A stretch of DNA of 63,988 nt, the filler included, from Malassezia furfur (Eukaryota), in assembly GCA_052055015.1 (NCBI GenBank). It is 11 parts of 11 records of this genome, joined end to end, with 100 filler letters (N's around TTAATTAATTAA, not from the genome) between each part and the next. Parts side by side here need not be neighbours in the genome. Positions count along the whole stretch, not along the records: positions 6,005 to 11,901 come from JBQJIT010000574.1; positions 12,002 to 17,860 come from JBQJIT010000575.1; positions 17,961 to 23,779 come from JBQJIT010000576.1; 8 more parts are not named here. One strand, given 5' to 3'. Below the pieces are notes generated by a model. That model worked only from the letters and a program-made list of their open reading frames with translations, did no database searches and had not been told where the DNA came from. The position numbers and the translations under genes were made by a program. Below are positions 11,079 through 22,677 of the stretch, in pieces (position 1 is the stretch's first letter; every line of letters begins with the position of its first letter).

Positions 11079-11599
11079 CTACTCGAGCGACGCATTGTAC
11101 GCCTCCTCCGAGAGCAGCTCGTCGAGCTCCGCGGGGTTCGTGAGCTTGATCTGCGCGAGCCAGCCGTCGCCAAGCGGCGACTTGTTGACGAGGCCGGGCT
11201 GGTCGTCGAGGTCGACGTTGGACGCGACCACAATGCCGCTCACCGGCGAGTAGATGTCCGAGGCGGCCTTGACCTGGGGTGAGTTCGCACACGTACCGAC
11301 TCGACCGAGCCAATCTGGTCGCCGCGCGAGGCCTCGAGCTCAAGCGGGGGCAGCTCAATGTACACGACATCGCCCAGGCTCTCCTGCGCGTGGTTCGTGA
11401 TACCGATCGTGCCAATGTTGGACTCGTCGTCGTAGCGCACCCACTCGTGCTCGGGCGTGTAGAAGGTCTGCACGCCAAGCACCGTGCGCGACGTCTGCAG
11501 CGAGCGCACAGGCATGGCAAACGAGGGCGCAACGCGCGGCATGGCGCGCGGCGCGGCACGGAGCGCGGGCACAGCAGCAGTACGCAGAGCAGCCAACAT
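11079..11599 (-). CDS. GCV3: Glycine cleavage system H protein; intron 11274-11296 (23 nt)
   Basis: [28 protein letters not shown]. Splicing restores the lipoyl motif [16 protein letters not shown]. Confidence 0.95.
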
Positions 11600-11653
11600 G
11601 ACGACAGGACGGAACCGGCGCCGGCGTGGGGACGCGTCGCTACTTCGGCCGAA

Positions 11654-11901
11654 CTACAGGACAATCGGGTCGTGCCGCGTGCCGGTTGGCCGTGCGCGCG
11701 GCGCGTCGCGTTCGCCATCGCGCGCGTCGTCGCGCTCGTCGCGCTCGTCGTCGCTGTCAGACACGACGATCGCGTCGCGCTCTGCCGCTTCGGTCGCAGC
11801 GCCAATCGCGGCCGCCTCAGACGAGCTCGCAGAAGCGCAGGTCTGCGCATCGCGCGCGCGGCGCACGGCCGCCTCGGCCGCAAGCTCGCGCAGCGGGCGG
11901 C
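11654..11901 (-). CDS. 3' end of an unidentified gene (acidic low-complexity tail)
   Basis: Frame ending ...AIVVSDSDDERDERDD...HDPIVL* at the contig edge. Confidence 0.4.
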
Positions 11902-12001
11902 NNNNNNNNNNNNNNNNNNNNNNNNNNNNNNNNNNNNNNNNNNNNTTAATTAATTAANNNNNNNNNNNNNNNNNNNNNNNNNNNNNNNNNNNNNNNNNNN
12001 N

Positions 12002-12379
12002 CGCGCACCTTGCGTCGCTCATCGACGAGCGCGGCGCGCGGACGCGGGCCGAGGAGCGCGCGGCGATCCTCGACAAGGAGGTGAGCCGGCTGAAGCGGCG
12101 CGTCGCCGACCGCGACGCGGGCGGCGCCGTGCGCAAGCGTGGCGCCGGCGACGAGAACACGCACCTGGCGTACCTCGACAGCCTGCTCAAGTGCTCGGCG
12201 TGCAAGGAGCGCTACCGCGACCGGATCATCACCAAGTGCCTGCACACCTTCTGCGAGGCGTGTGTGAATGCGCGCATCCAGACGCGGCAGCGCAAGTGCC
12301 CGCACTGCGGCCTGTCGTTTGCGATCAGCGACGTGCAGGTGCTCTATTGTACGTCGGCGCCACTGACCCAGTGCAATGA
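12002..12379 (+). CDS. BRE1: E3 ubiquitin ligase Bre1, C-terminal RING, 5'-partial; intron 12349-12371 (23 nt)
   Basis: LKCSACKERYRDRIITKCLHTFCEACVNARIQTRQRKCPHCGLSF. Splicing gives the end DVQVLYLQ*. Confidence 0.9.
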   Translation, partial: RAPCVAHRRARRADAGRGARGDPRQGGEPAEAARRRPRRGRRRAQAWRRRREHAPGVPRQPAQVLGVQGALPRPDHHQVPAHLLRGVCECAHPDAAAQVPALRPVVCDQRRAGALLYVGATDPVQ

Positions 12380-12395
12380 TGTATTTTTACGAAAC

Positions 12396-14074
12396 CTACG
12401 GCGCGAGCTTGTAGAGCAGGTCGATGAAGCGCGTCGCCATGTCGCCGATGAGCATCGGGCCGACCGCGGCGCTCTGCCCCAGACCGTACACGGTGGCCAT
12501 CGTGCCCGGCTGCGCGGGCTTCGTGCGCGAGTGCGCCACGGCCTCCTTAAGGTCCGCGACAAACTCGTCGACCACCGGCACGGTGAGCCGCGTGCACGCC
12601 AGGTGCACCGCCGGCGCGTCGCCGGCGATCGCGTTGAGGTGCCAACCGCGCTTGCTCATCTGGTCGCCCACGTCGTACACGTTGATCGCGCCCGCGCTGC
12701 CGATCGCAAACGTGCTCACGAGCGGGTGCCCCAAAATGGTCAGCTCGGGGATCTCGTCGCGGATGCGGCGCTCGATCGCCTTGGCTGCGCCGACGATCTG
12801 CTTGCACGACTCCGTGTATCCGTCCTGCCCCATCGCCACCATCACCGCCCACGTCGCAGCGATCAGCGCGCCGGGCCGCGAGCCGGCGAGCGTCGGCGAG
12901 GCGTACACACCGCCGACCCACGCGGGGTTAACGTAGTACTGGTAGCGGCGCAGCTCCTCGCTGTCATACATGACGACCGACGAGCCCTTCGGCGCGAAGC
13001 CGTACTTGTGCGTGTCGCACGAGATCGACGTGACACCCTCGACACGGAAGTCAAACGGCTCCGTGACGAACCCGGCCCGCTCCAAGAACGGCACGAGGAA
13101 CGAGCCGAGGCAGCAGTCGACGTGGCACTTGATGCCGTGCCGCTTCGCCAGCGCACCGAGCGCCACAATGTCGTCAATCATCCCGTCGGGGAAGTTGGGC
13201 GCACTGCCCACCAGCAGCACCGTGTTGTCGTTGATCGCACGGCGCACCGCGTCGATCTGCACCTTGCGCGAGACACGGTCGACAGGCACGCGGCGCACCT
13301 TGATGCCAAAGTAGTTGCCCGCCTTGTCGAACGCGACGTGCGCGCTCATCGGCACGACCATCTCGGGCTCGGTGATGCCGCGCTCGGCGTGCGCCCAGTC
13401 GCGCGCCGTCTTGCACGCCATCAGAATCGACTCGGTGCCACCCGAGGTGGTCGTGCCCGCAGCGCCCGGCGGCGCGTTGTACATGTCGAGCACCATCGCA
13501 ACCACCTCGGCCTCCATCTTGCGCACCCCGGGGAACACGTCGGGGTGCAGCGGGTTCGACAGCAAGAAGCGCCGCAGCGCATCGACGATCACGCGGCTCA
13601 GCTCGTCGCCGCCGTGGTACACGGCGCCCGAGCAGCGGCCGTCGCGCCAGTGCCGCTCCGAGTCGTCTCCCTGCTTCCCGAGGTGCTGCAGCACGTCCAG
13701 CTGCTTGTCAATCCAGCGCTCGTCGCGCCCATGCACCGGCAGCACCCGCATCGTCGGCACCGTCGACGGCAGAACGAGGTTCTGCTCGAGCTGGCCCGTA
13801 GCCGCCGACATCTCGCGCTCGACACGGCGCCGGTTCGCGGGGAGCTTGAGCAGCAGCCGCATCACGGAGCGCGCTACGGTGAGGTAGGTGTTGTACGCAA
13901 CGCCACGCACCCCCTCGGCCCGCACCGTGCGCACCCAACGCCGCGAAAAGTGCAGCACAACATACAGAAGAGCAAGCGTGCGCGCTACAGAATAAGCTCC
14001 TGGTTGACACACACACCATGGTCGTACGTCACTACTTGGCGTACCCAGCCGGCCCGCGCATCCTGGGCCGTCAT
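12396..14074 (-). CDS. DPL1: Sphingosine-1-phosphate lyase; probable intron 13985-14016 (32 nt)
   Basis: SGAVYHGG, SNPLHPDVFPGVRKMEAEVV, TSGGTESILMA, HVDCCLG, SISCDTHKYG (PLP lysine), GSRPGALIA. Confidence 0.93.
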
Positions 14075-14142
14075 CGTCCACGGCCAACCCAAAGGGTAGG
14101 GCTGCCGCAGCCCCAAGCTTAACCACCACGTGGAGGCACGTG

Positions 14143-14755
14143 TTACCACTCGAACTCGCTGTGGGTCAGCCGGGCGCACGTCGCCTACGCACCCATTGCA
14201 CTTCGAGAAGAGGTAGTCGCGCCCGCCAATCGACGCTACACCGTCGCGCAGGACACACTTCCACTTGTTTTTCACACGCTGCACCTTGTCGTAGAGACAC
14301 AGCATCATATCTTCATTGCCGTCCGCGTCCTCCTCCTCGGAGTCGTCCAGGTCCGAGCCGATCTCGTTGCTCGCCGCATCGTCGTCGTCCTCGTGCTTCC
14401 GCTTCGTACCCGCCGTAGCACCGGACGAGGCAGACTTGCCGTCCGCAGACGCCGCCTCTTCCTTCGGCTCGGTCTTGGCCGGCTTCGCGTCGGTGGCGCG
14501 TGCGGTCGTCGACGTCGACGTCGAGGCGACCCCAGGCGTCGTCGTGTATTGCACAGGCGGGCGCGCGCCGGGCACACTGCCGTTCGCGCCGTCGAACTCG
14601 GTCACCTGGGTCGCGACGAGCTTCGCCTCCCAGCTGCGCTGGAGCTCCTCGAGCACCTCCTTTTCGATGCCCATGTCCTCAAAGTCCTGTCGGACGTTTG
14701 CGATCACATCGTCGATGATGTGCCGAAACGTCAAAGACACTACCTTGTTGCTCAT
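14143..14755 (-). CDS. TOA1: TFIIA large subunit; intron 14159-14192 (34 nt)
   Basis: IIDDVIANVRQDFEDMG...WEAKL; LGSDLDDS-like acidic stretch; MLCLYDKVQRVKNKWKCVLRDG. Splicing gives CNG|EFEW*. Confidence 0.95.
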
Positions 14756-14943
14756 CGCAGCCTACTGCCGCAACTCGAATTCGGCGGGGGACATACAACG
14801 CCGCTGCTTGCTCCACAACGTCCCTGAACCAAGCGACGAGCGACGCCCGCGCGACGCTGCAGTGCGCCCGCACGTGACGTGCGCCGCGCGCCCGCCCAGT
14901 GCGCGGCGCATCGTGCGCGGCCGAGCCTCCTTCTTCCGTTGAC

Positions 14944-15759
14944 ATGGCGTCCGAATACCGGGTGGGCGACGTGGTGCTCGCCAAGATCCGCGGATTCCCC
15001 GCGTGGCCAGGGATCATTGTCGATGACGCCGACGTGCCGGCGGCCGTGCGCGCCGAAAAGCCGTCGAGCAAGCAGGCACCGCTCTTCACCATCCGCTTCT
15101 TCCCGGCGGCCGACTACCACTGGGCGACGCCGCGCGACCTGACGCACCTGTCGACGGACGACATCGACGCATTCCTTGCCTCCCACAAGAAGTCGGGCGA
15201 CCTACAGAAGGCGTACAAGCTCGCACGCGACCCGCACACATGGAACGCGGAACAGACGGCGGCCGTGCGCGAACACGACGCGGCGCTAGCGGCCGCCGAC
15301 GATGCGGCCGCGAGCGAAGAGGCAGACGAAGCAGAGGACGATGCGCCCAAGAAGCGCAAGCGCGCCGCGCCGGCCGCCGCGCGCAAGAAGCGGAAAGACT
15401 CGCTCGAGCCGCCGGCGGCCAAGGAGGAGCCCAAGGAGGAGGCCGAGGAGGAGCTCGATCCGCAGACCAAAAAAGTGCGCGAGTGGCGCCACAAGCTGCA
15501 GCGCGCGTTCCTCGCCAAGGACGGCGTGATCCGTGCCGAGGATATGGACGCGCAGGACGCGACGCTCAAGATCGTCGAGGCGTACGACGACATTACCCCC
15601 GAGCAGCTCAAAATCACCAAGATCGGCAAGGTGATCAAGCGCATCCACCAGTTGCCCGAGATCCCGCGCGACGACGAGTTCCATTTCCGCGAGCGGGCAG
15701 GCGCGCTGATGACCAAGTGGAGCGCCGTGCTCGGCGCGCCGGCGCCGAGCGACGCCTAA
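14944..15759 (+). CDS. PWWP-domain chromatin protein with C-terminal TFIIS-N/IBD-like helical domain
   Basis: YRVGDVVLAKIRGFPAWPG; WRHKLQRAFL...LKITKIGKVIKRI. Confidence 0.88.
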   Translation: MASEYRVGDVVLAKIRGFPAWPGIIVDDADVPAAVRAEKPSSKQAPLFTIRFFPAADYHWATPRDLTHLSTDDIDAFLASHKKSGDLQKAYKLARDPHTWNAEQTAAVREHDAALAAADDAAASEEADEAEDDAPKKRKRAAPAAARKKRKDSLEPPAAKEEPKEEAEEELDPQTKKVREWRHKLQRAFLAKDGVIRAEDMDAQDATLKIVEAYDDITPEQLKITKIGKVIKRIHQLPEIPRDDEFHFRERAGALMTKWSAVLGAPAPSDA

Positions 15760-15873
15760 CATGGTGCGCCGGTGTGGTCTGTCGTACATCGTATATATCG
15801 TGTTCCCGAGCACAGATGGCCCGTGTTTTGGCTATGTATCTCCCCCCTCGTCCTCGCGCGCCGCGTGCGCAGC

Positions 15874-17860
15874 CTATCCCCCAACGTCCCCGGGCGAATC
15901 GAGCGAGAGCGGCGGCACTGCGCTGGTGCGCAGTTGTCCTCCGCGCGGCGTCCGTAGCGTTTGCGGCGATATCAGCAACGAGTCGGTCTCCGCATCGTGG
16001 GACGTCGCCTCTTGCTGGGCGTGCACACGCACCTCGCTCTCGAGCTCCTCGATGCGCGCGCGCAGGTCGAGCGTGAGACGCTCGAGTTTGGCGGTGCGTG
16101 CGTGCGCCTTGCGCACCTCCTCGGCGTTGTACGCCGCCGCGCGTGTCGGCCGCGTGAGCTGTGGCTCGGCGCGGTCGTGCGCCGGGGCGACGACGGCCTC
16201 GAGCAGCCACGTCTGGTTCGCCGCGAGGCGCTCGGCCTGGCGTGCGGTTGCCGCGCGTAGCGACGCGAGCTCGGCGGTGAGCCGCGTGTTTTCCGTGGTG
16301 CGCTGCTCAAGCAGCGAGCGGTAGCGGTTGGCGTTCGCCTCGCTGTTGGCCACGGTGAGCTCCATTTCCTCCCACCACGAGAGCATCTTGTCCATCTCGC
16401 GGCTCTGTAGCTCGTACTTGCCCAGATCCTCTTCCCAGTCCGCCATGCAGTTGCTTAGCTTCTGCACGTTGGCGCGGTACGTCTCGATGCGCTCGAGCTG
16501 CGGCTGTGCACGCGCCAAATCCTGCTCGAGCTCGAACAGGCGCGTGCCCATCGCGGTGATCTCGGCGGCCTGCGACGCGTTGGTGGTATTCGCGTCGCTG
16601 AGCTGCTTGAGCAGGCTCTGCCGCTCGGTGGCCCACGAGCGCCGCTCCTCGCGGTAGGTGTTCAGCTTGGCGTTCAGCTCGCGCTCCCACTGGATGTGCC
16701 GCTGGCTCACGGCCTGCGTCTCGGCGCGCTGGCGCTCGGCGCGCGTCTGCGCAGCCTGCAGCTGCGTGCGCAGCGTGCGTAGGGTATGGTACAGACTCTG
16801 GTGCTCGGCCTCGGCGGCCGCGTCCGCGATCCGGTCACGGTGCAGGCGCCCAATGTGGAGGAGCAGCTGTTCCTTGAGGTACAGCTCAAACTTGTGCTCG
16901 ACCTGCAGCAGCGTCGCGTTGGCCGGGACGTGCGTCGCGAGCAGCGCGTCCGCATTGCCGATCTCCTCGCGAGCGCCGATGCACAGCGACATGCACGACG
17001 CGGTCAGGTCCGACGCGTCCTGCTGTGCCCAGCGCTTCGTGTTGCTCAGCTCCGTGGACGCGTCCATCTCGACGAGCAGCGGGTGCGCCGCGTGGCCACG
17101 CAGCAGCGCGAGCGACGACGTACGCACCGCGTTGGCGTCCAGTGCGCCCGCGTCGCGCCCGTCGAGGTATGCGGCCGGCGTGCGCAGAAACGCGACCAAG
17201 TTGTTGGGGAACAGGCCGTACAGCAGCGTAAAGAGCAGCGACACGCACACCGTCACGGCGTCCTCGGCGGTGCCGCGCCGCCACGTCACCGCGCGGGCGT
17301 ACACGCCAAAGAGCGCCGGCACGCCGCCCGCGCCGCCCTTGACCACGTACTGCGGTACGTGCGGCAGCACCATCACGACGCACTTGATCCCGAGCGACAT
17401 GGCGCGTGTCGAGTGCGTGTGCTGCAGCACGTCAATGACGCGGTCGAGCAGCGGCGTGCTGGTGATCCGGTAGGTGTGCATCGACTGCGCGTGCAGGAAG
17501 CTCGCGAGCAGGTACAGCACGGGGCCCTCCGTGGGCGTGTCGTGCAGCGTACGTGCGAGCGCCGCAAAGAAACCCGAGGGGTCGTAGGCGCTGTACAGCG
17601 CAATGGCCATCTCGAGCTCGCGGCGGAGCGCCGCGTGCGGCGGCGTCGCATTGGTGCGCGGCGCCGCGTCCGGAGTCGCGTCCGGGGCGTGCGCCGTCTC
17701 CTCGTCCGCGGGGAGCGGCGCGAGCTCTGGCTGGTGCGCGGCCAAGTCGACGTAGAGCGAAAACACCGTGTCGACCAGCGACGGCGGTGCAGGCGCCGCG
17801 GGCGGCGGCGCCCCCGCCGCCGCAGACGTGGGCGGGGTCGGCGCGACGGTTGGCGCCGCG
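15874..17860 (-). CDS. TSC1: Hamartin (Tsc1), 5'-partial
   Basis: LFTLLYGLFPNNLVAFLR, HPLLV, FELYLKEQLLLHIGRLHRDRI, followed by a long coiled coil. Confidence 0.85.
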
Positions 17861-17960
17861 NNNNNNNNNNNNNNNNNNNNNNNNNNNNNNNNNNNNNNNN
17901 NNNNTTAATTAATTAANNNNNNNNNNNNNNNNNNNNNNNNNNNNNNNNNNNNNNNNNNNN

Positions 17961-18866
17961 CGTCCGAGGCCGGTGCATCGCCCTGGGCGACGCCGGCGGC
18001 GCGCGCCGCGCCGGCCGCGCGTGCGGCGCACACCGCCCAGGACGAGCTGCCGCCGCTGCTGTCCCCGGACGACGTGGTGCGGTGCACGACGCTGGAGCAG
18101 CCGCGGCTCACCTTTGACCTGCAGGAGGCCAAGGCGTTCCTGTGCGCGCGCGACCCCCGCTTTGTCTCGCTGTTCGCGCAGATGGACCTCAAGACGTACG
18201 AGGAGCTGCGCGACGGCGAGGTCAAGGAGCTCAACCTGTTCCGCGTGCTCGTTACCTCGATCCTCGGCCAGCAGATCTCCTGGCTTGCGGCCCGCAGCAT
18301 TCTGTACAAGTTCTGCCGCGTGTTTGCGCCGCACCTCGACGAGAAGCCCGACTTCGCGACGCTGAACCGCGACAAGCTGCCGTTTCCCACGCCGCACGTC
18401 GTGCTCGACGCGAGCGACGAGCAGCTGCGCTCCGCGGGCCTGAGCGGCGCCAAGATCAACTACGTGCGCGACATTGCGCGGCGCTTTGCCGACGGGCGCC
18501 TGGACGTGCGCCGCATCGTGCGCCTGTCGCACGACGAGTGCATCGCCGAGCTCACGCAGGTCAAGGGCGTCGGCCGCTGGACGGCCGAGATGCTGCTCAT
18601 GTTTGCACTGCGCTCGCCCAATGTGCTGCCGGTGGGCGACCTGGGCGTGCAGCGGGGTATGGTGCACTTCTACATGAGCGGGCCGCAGGGGCCGCGGATC
18701 AGCGAGCACAAGCGCAAGGCGGACGCCGACGCGGTGCCGCTGGCGGTCGAGGGGGATGCCTCGGCACTGCCGCTGCCGAGCACGCACCTTGACCTGGCCG
18801 CCCTGCGCTCGCGCGCCAACGGGAACAAGACCAAGAAAAAGATGTACCTCGACCCGCACGAGATGG

Positions 18867-18900
<34 letters not shown>

Positions 18901-18940
18901 CGTGGCGTGCATGTTTCTGTGGTCGCTGATCGGCGACTAG
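17961..18940 (+). CDS. MAG1: DNA-3-methyladenine glycosylase (HhH-GPD/AlkA family), 5'-partial
   Basis: SILGQQIS, FPTP, GLSGAKINYVRDIA, VKGVGRWTAEM, LPVGDLGVQRG, WAPFRSVA. Confidence 0.9.
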
Positions 18941-19722
18941 GTAGCCTCGTCGCGCGGTGCGCGGGGGAATTGAAACGTAGGACTTTCGAGGTGCGGCGGC
19001 AGGGCCGCCCACGCCGCCTCCTGGTAGCTGCTCGTGCGCCGGTGCGCCGACCACCGCTCGTAGGGCAGCTGCGCACGCTGTCGCTGGATCTCGCTTTGGA
19101 GCGCATCGCGCTCGTGCTGGAGGAACTCGACATCGCGTGCGGCATGCTCGCGCGCGCGCTCGTGGCGCTGCAGCGTGGTGGCGAGCGCCTGCTCCTCGTG
19201 CGCGGCCTGCTGCTCGGCGTCGGCGAGCAGCGCCCGCGCTACTTCGAGCGCGCGCTGCGCGTCGGCGGCATCGCGCTCGAGCGCCTCGGCCTCGGATGCC
19301 AGTGCACTGGCCGCATCGCGCTCGCGCTCGGCCGTCTCGTGCAGCGTGTGGGCGTCGGCGTAGTGCTGCTCGATCTTGTGTCGCTGGCGGTGCTCGTAGG
19401 CGGCCTGCCGCGCCATGGCCTTGCGCAGCGTGTCGATCTCGTGTTGGAGCTGGCGTGTATCTCCTTCCGGTGTCTCTTTGCGCGCCGGGCGCGGCGGGGC
19501 GAGCGACGGGCGCGCAAGATAGACGGCGGGCGCCTCGCCGTCGACGGCGTGCAGGGTATAGGCGACGCCGGGCTCGAGGCCCGGGACGACGAGGTGCGCG
19601 CCCGCCGCCACGCACTCCCGCCGCTCGTTGTCCACGTAGACGTCCGGCGGCGCGCCCGTCTGCGTGTCCGCCCACGCGAGCGTGAGCGAGTCGTGCGACG
19701 CGCCGTGCACCGCGACGTGCAT
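18937..19722 (-). CDS. Hypothetical protein: FN3-like N-terminal domain plus coiled coil
   Basis: SLTLAW...VYVDN...VVPGLEPGVAYTLHAV resembles FN3, followed by a heptad-rich E/R/A segment. It fills the space between MAG1 and RPN1. Confidence 0.65.
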   Translation of the reverse strand: MHVAVHGASHDSLTLAWADTQTGAPPDVYVDNERRECVAAGAHLVVPGLEPGVAYTLHAVDGEAPAVYLARPSLAPPRPARKETPEGDTRQLQHEIDTLRKAMARQAAYEHRQRHKIEQHYADAHTLHETAERERDAASALASEAEALERDAADAQRALEVARALLADAEQQAAHEEQALATTLQRHERAREHAARDVEFLQHERDALQSEIQRQRAQLPYERWSAHRRTSSYQEAAWAALPPHLESPTFQFPRAPRDEAT

Positions 19723-19833
19723 CGTGCGCCGGCGGCGTGTGGAGGTCCGGACGCCGCGCGTCGGCCACGTGACCCCAAGATCACCGAGTGGCGCGCGGCC
19801 GGTGCGCGGGTCTTCTGGACGCCTCGCCTGACG

Positions 19834-22587
19834 ATGGACGGAGAGGATCCGCAGCTTGCGAGCCTCCGTGTGCCTTCGAAAGACCCGGAGGAGAAGAAGG
19901 AGGATGAGCGGCCGAAGGAGACGGCGCTTGCGCCTCCGAAGGACGATAAGCCCGGGAGCGATTTGAGCGCCGAGGACGAGCAGCTCAAGACGGAGCTGGA
20001 GATGCTCGTCGAGCGCCTCACCGAGCCGAACAAGAGCCTGTACCGCCCCGCGCTTGTCGCGCTGCAGAACCTGATCCGGACGAGCACGTCGTCGCTGACG
20101 TCGGTGCCGAAGCCGCTCAAGTTTTTGCACCCGCAGTACCCCAAGCTCAAGGAGCTCTACGCACAGTGGTCCGGCGACGACGCGGACAAGGCGCTCTTTG
20201 CCGAGATCCTGAGCGTGCTCGCGATGACCTACTCGAACACGGGCGAGCGCGAGACGCTCGCCTTCCGCCTCGCGGCCGACCGCCTGCACGGCCAGCCAAG
20301 CGCCGAGGACCTGGGCCTGTGGGGCCACGAGTACGTGCGGCACCTGTGCACCGAGCTCGGCGAGGAGTACAATGCGCGCTCCGAGAAGGAGCAGGACACC
20401 GCGGAGCTGCTGCAGCTTGCGCTGCTCGTGGTGCAGTTCTCGCTGCAGCACAACGCCGAGGTCGATGCGGTGGACCTGCTGCTCGAGCTCGAGGCGGTGG
20501 AGCAGCTGCCGCAGTTTGTCACGAAGGACACGTTTGAGCGCGTGTGCCTGTACCTCGTGAGCTGCGTCAACCTGCTTGTGCCGCCGGACGACGTGCTCTT
20601 CCTGCGCACCGCGCGCGAAATCTACCGGCAGCAGCACCGCTGGTTCGAGGCGCTGGTGCTTGCCGTGCGCCTTGCGGACCCGGCGGCGATCCGTGCCGAC
20701 TTTGAGGCGCCGGGCAACCCGGTGATGCGCAAGCAGATGGCGTACCTGCTCGCGCGCCAGCAGATCCCCGTCGAGTGGCTGCACGACGCCGAGCACCCCA
20801 TCGAGGACGCCGAGCTGCTCGACTGTCTCTACGGCACGCACCTCTCGTCGCACTTTATCGACTTTGCCAAGGAGCTCTCGGTGTACGAGCCCAAGAGCCT
20901 CGACGACGTGTACAAGACGCACCTCGAGAACAGCCGCACCGCGATGAGCACCGCGGCCGACTCGGCGCGCGGCAACCTCGCCAACGCGTTTGTGAACGCG
21001 TTTGTGAACGCAGGCCTGGGCAACGACCCGCTCATCGTGCAGGCCGACGAGGGGAACAGCTACGTGTACAAGACGCGCGACGACGGCATGCTCTCGGCGA
21101 CCGCCTCGGCGGGCCTGTGCCTCCTGTGGGACACGGAGCTGGGGCTGAGCCACATTGACAAGTACACCTACTCCTCCGAGGAGAACATCAAGGCGGGCGC
21201 CCTGCTCGCCTACGGCATCCTGCACTCGGGCGTGCGCACCGAGATGGACGCGCCGCTCGCGCTCCTCTCGGAGCACATCGAGAACAAGAGCGTCCCGCTG
21301 CAGTCGTCGGCGATCGTCGGCCTGGGCCTGGCGTACGCCGGGGCGTGCCGCGAGGATGTGCAGGCGCTGCTCCTGCCGCTCGTCCAGGACGAGGCGAGCT
21401 CGATGCAGACGGTGGCGCTCGCGGCGCTCGCGCTCGGCTTCGTGTACGTCGGTGCGCCCGACGGCGAGATTGTATCGAGCATTTTGCAGACCATGATGGA
21501 GCGCGAGCCGGCGGAGCTGTCGAGCAGCTGGTCGCGCTTCCTTGCGCTGGGCCTGGCGCTGCTCTTTGTCGGGCAGCAGGACAACAGCGACGCGACCATC
21601 GAGACGCTCAAGGCGATCGAGCACCCGCTCGCGCGCGAGGTGCAGATCCTCGTGGACGCCACCAGCTACGCGGGCACCGGCAACGTGCTCAAGATCCAGA
21701 CGCTCCTGCACTACTGCGCGGAGCACGTCTCGGCCGACAAGCCCGAGAAGGACGACGCGCAGGCCGACGACGCCGCGGACGCCGCGCCGCCGAGCGACTT
21801 GTACCAGGCGTTTGCGGTGCTCGCCATCGCGCTCGTCGCTATGGGCGAGGACGTCGGCGCGGAAATGACGCTGCGCCACATGTCGCACCTGCTGCACTAC
21901 GGCGACCCCGTCATCCGGCGCACGGTGCCGCTCGCGCTCGCGCTGCTCAACCCGTCGAACCCGGCGATCCCGGTGCTCGACACGCTCAGCAAGCTGTCGC
22001 ACGACAGCGACCTGGACGTCGCGCTGAACGCCATCTTTGCCATGGGCATCGTCGGCGCGGGCACCAACAACGCGCGCCTCGCGCAGCGCCTGCGCCAGCT
22101 CGCCAGCTACTACTACAAGGAGCCATCGTGCCTGTTTGTCGTGCGCATCGCCCAGGGCCTCGTGCAGATGGGCAAGGGCACGCTTGGCGTCGATCCGTAC
22201 CACTGCGACCGCCAGCTGTTTAGCCGCACCGCCGTCGCCGGGCTGCTCGCCACGCTGCTCGCCTTTACCGACGCGCGCGCCTTTGTGCTGGGCCGCGAGC
22301 ACTGGATGCTCTTTTTCCTGTCGGCGGCGATGCGCCCGCGCTTCCTCATCACGCTCGACGAGTCGCTCCAGAAGCTGCCCGTGTCGGTGCGCGTCGGCAA
22401 GGCCGTCGACGTCGTGGGCCAGGCGGGCAAGCCCCGCACCATCTCGGGCTTCCAGACGCACACGACGCCCGTGCGTCTCGGCACGCGCGAGCGCGGCGTG
22501 CTCGCCACCGAGGAGTACCTCTCCTACACCCCCGTGCTGGAAAACTTTGCGATCCTGCGCAAGAACCCGGGGAACGAGGAGGCGTAG
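19834..22587 (+). CDS. RPN1: 26S proteasome regulatory subunit Rpn1
   Basis: LEMLVERL, TSTSSLTSVPKPLKFL, WGHEYVRHL, DSARGNLANAFVNAFVNAG, VRVGKAVDVVGQAGKPRTISGFQTHTTPV. Confidence 0.97.
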   Translation: MDGEDPQLASLRVPSKDPEEKKEDERPKETALAPPKDDKPGSDLSAEDEQLKTELEMLVERLTEPNKSLYRPALVALQNLIRTSTSSLTSVPKPLKFLHPQYPKLKELYAQWSGDDADKALFAEILSVLAMTYSNTGERETLAFRLAADRLHGQPSAEDLGLWGHEYVRHLCTELGEEYNARSEKEQDTAELLQLALLVVQFSLQHNAEVDAVDLLLELEAVEQLPQFVTKDTFERVCLYLVSCVNLLVPPDDVLFLRTAREIYRQQHRWFEALVLAVRLADPAAIRADFEAPGNPVMRKQMAYLLARQQIPVEWLHDAEHPIEDAELLDCLYGTHLSSHFIDFAKELSVYEPKSLDDVYKTHLENSRTAMSTAADSARGNLANAFVNAFVNAGLGNDPLIVQADEGNSYVYKTRDDGMLSATASAGLCLLWDTELGLSHIDKYTYSSEENIKAGALLAYGILHSGVRTEMDAPLALLSEHIENKSVPLQSSAIVGLGLAYAGACREDVQALLLPLVQDEASSMQTVALAALALGFVYVGAPDGEIVSSILQTMMEREPAELSSSWSRFLALGLALLFVGQQDNSDATIETLKAIEHPLAREVQILVDATSYAGTGNVLKIQTLLHYCAEHVSADKPEKDDAQADDAADAAPPSDLYQAFAVLAIALVAMGEDVGAEMTLRHMSHLLHYGDPVIRRTVPLALALLNPSNPAIPVLDTLSKLSHDSDLDVALNAIFAMGIVGAGTNNARLAQRLRQLASYYYKEPSCLFVVRIAQGLVQMGKGTLGVDPYHCDRQLFSRTAVAGLLATLLAFTDARAFVLGREHWMLFFLSAAMRPRFLITLDESLQKLPVSVRVGKAVDVVGQAGKPRTISGFQTHTTPVRLGTRERGVLATEEYLSYTPVLENFAILRKNPGNEEA

Positions 22588-22677
22588 GTAGTTGCATAGC
22601 ACCACGTGGGAGACGGAGACGTAGGGGCGTGCGCGGTCCCTGCGCAAGGGGGGTCCTCGGCCAGCTCGTATCGCTAT

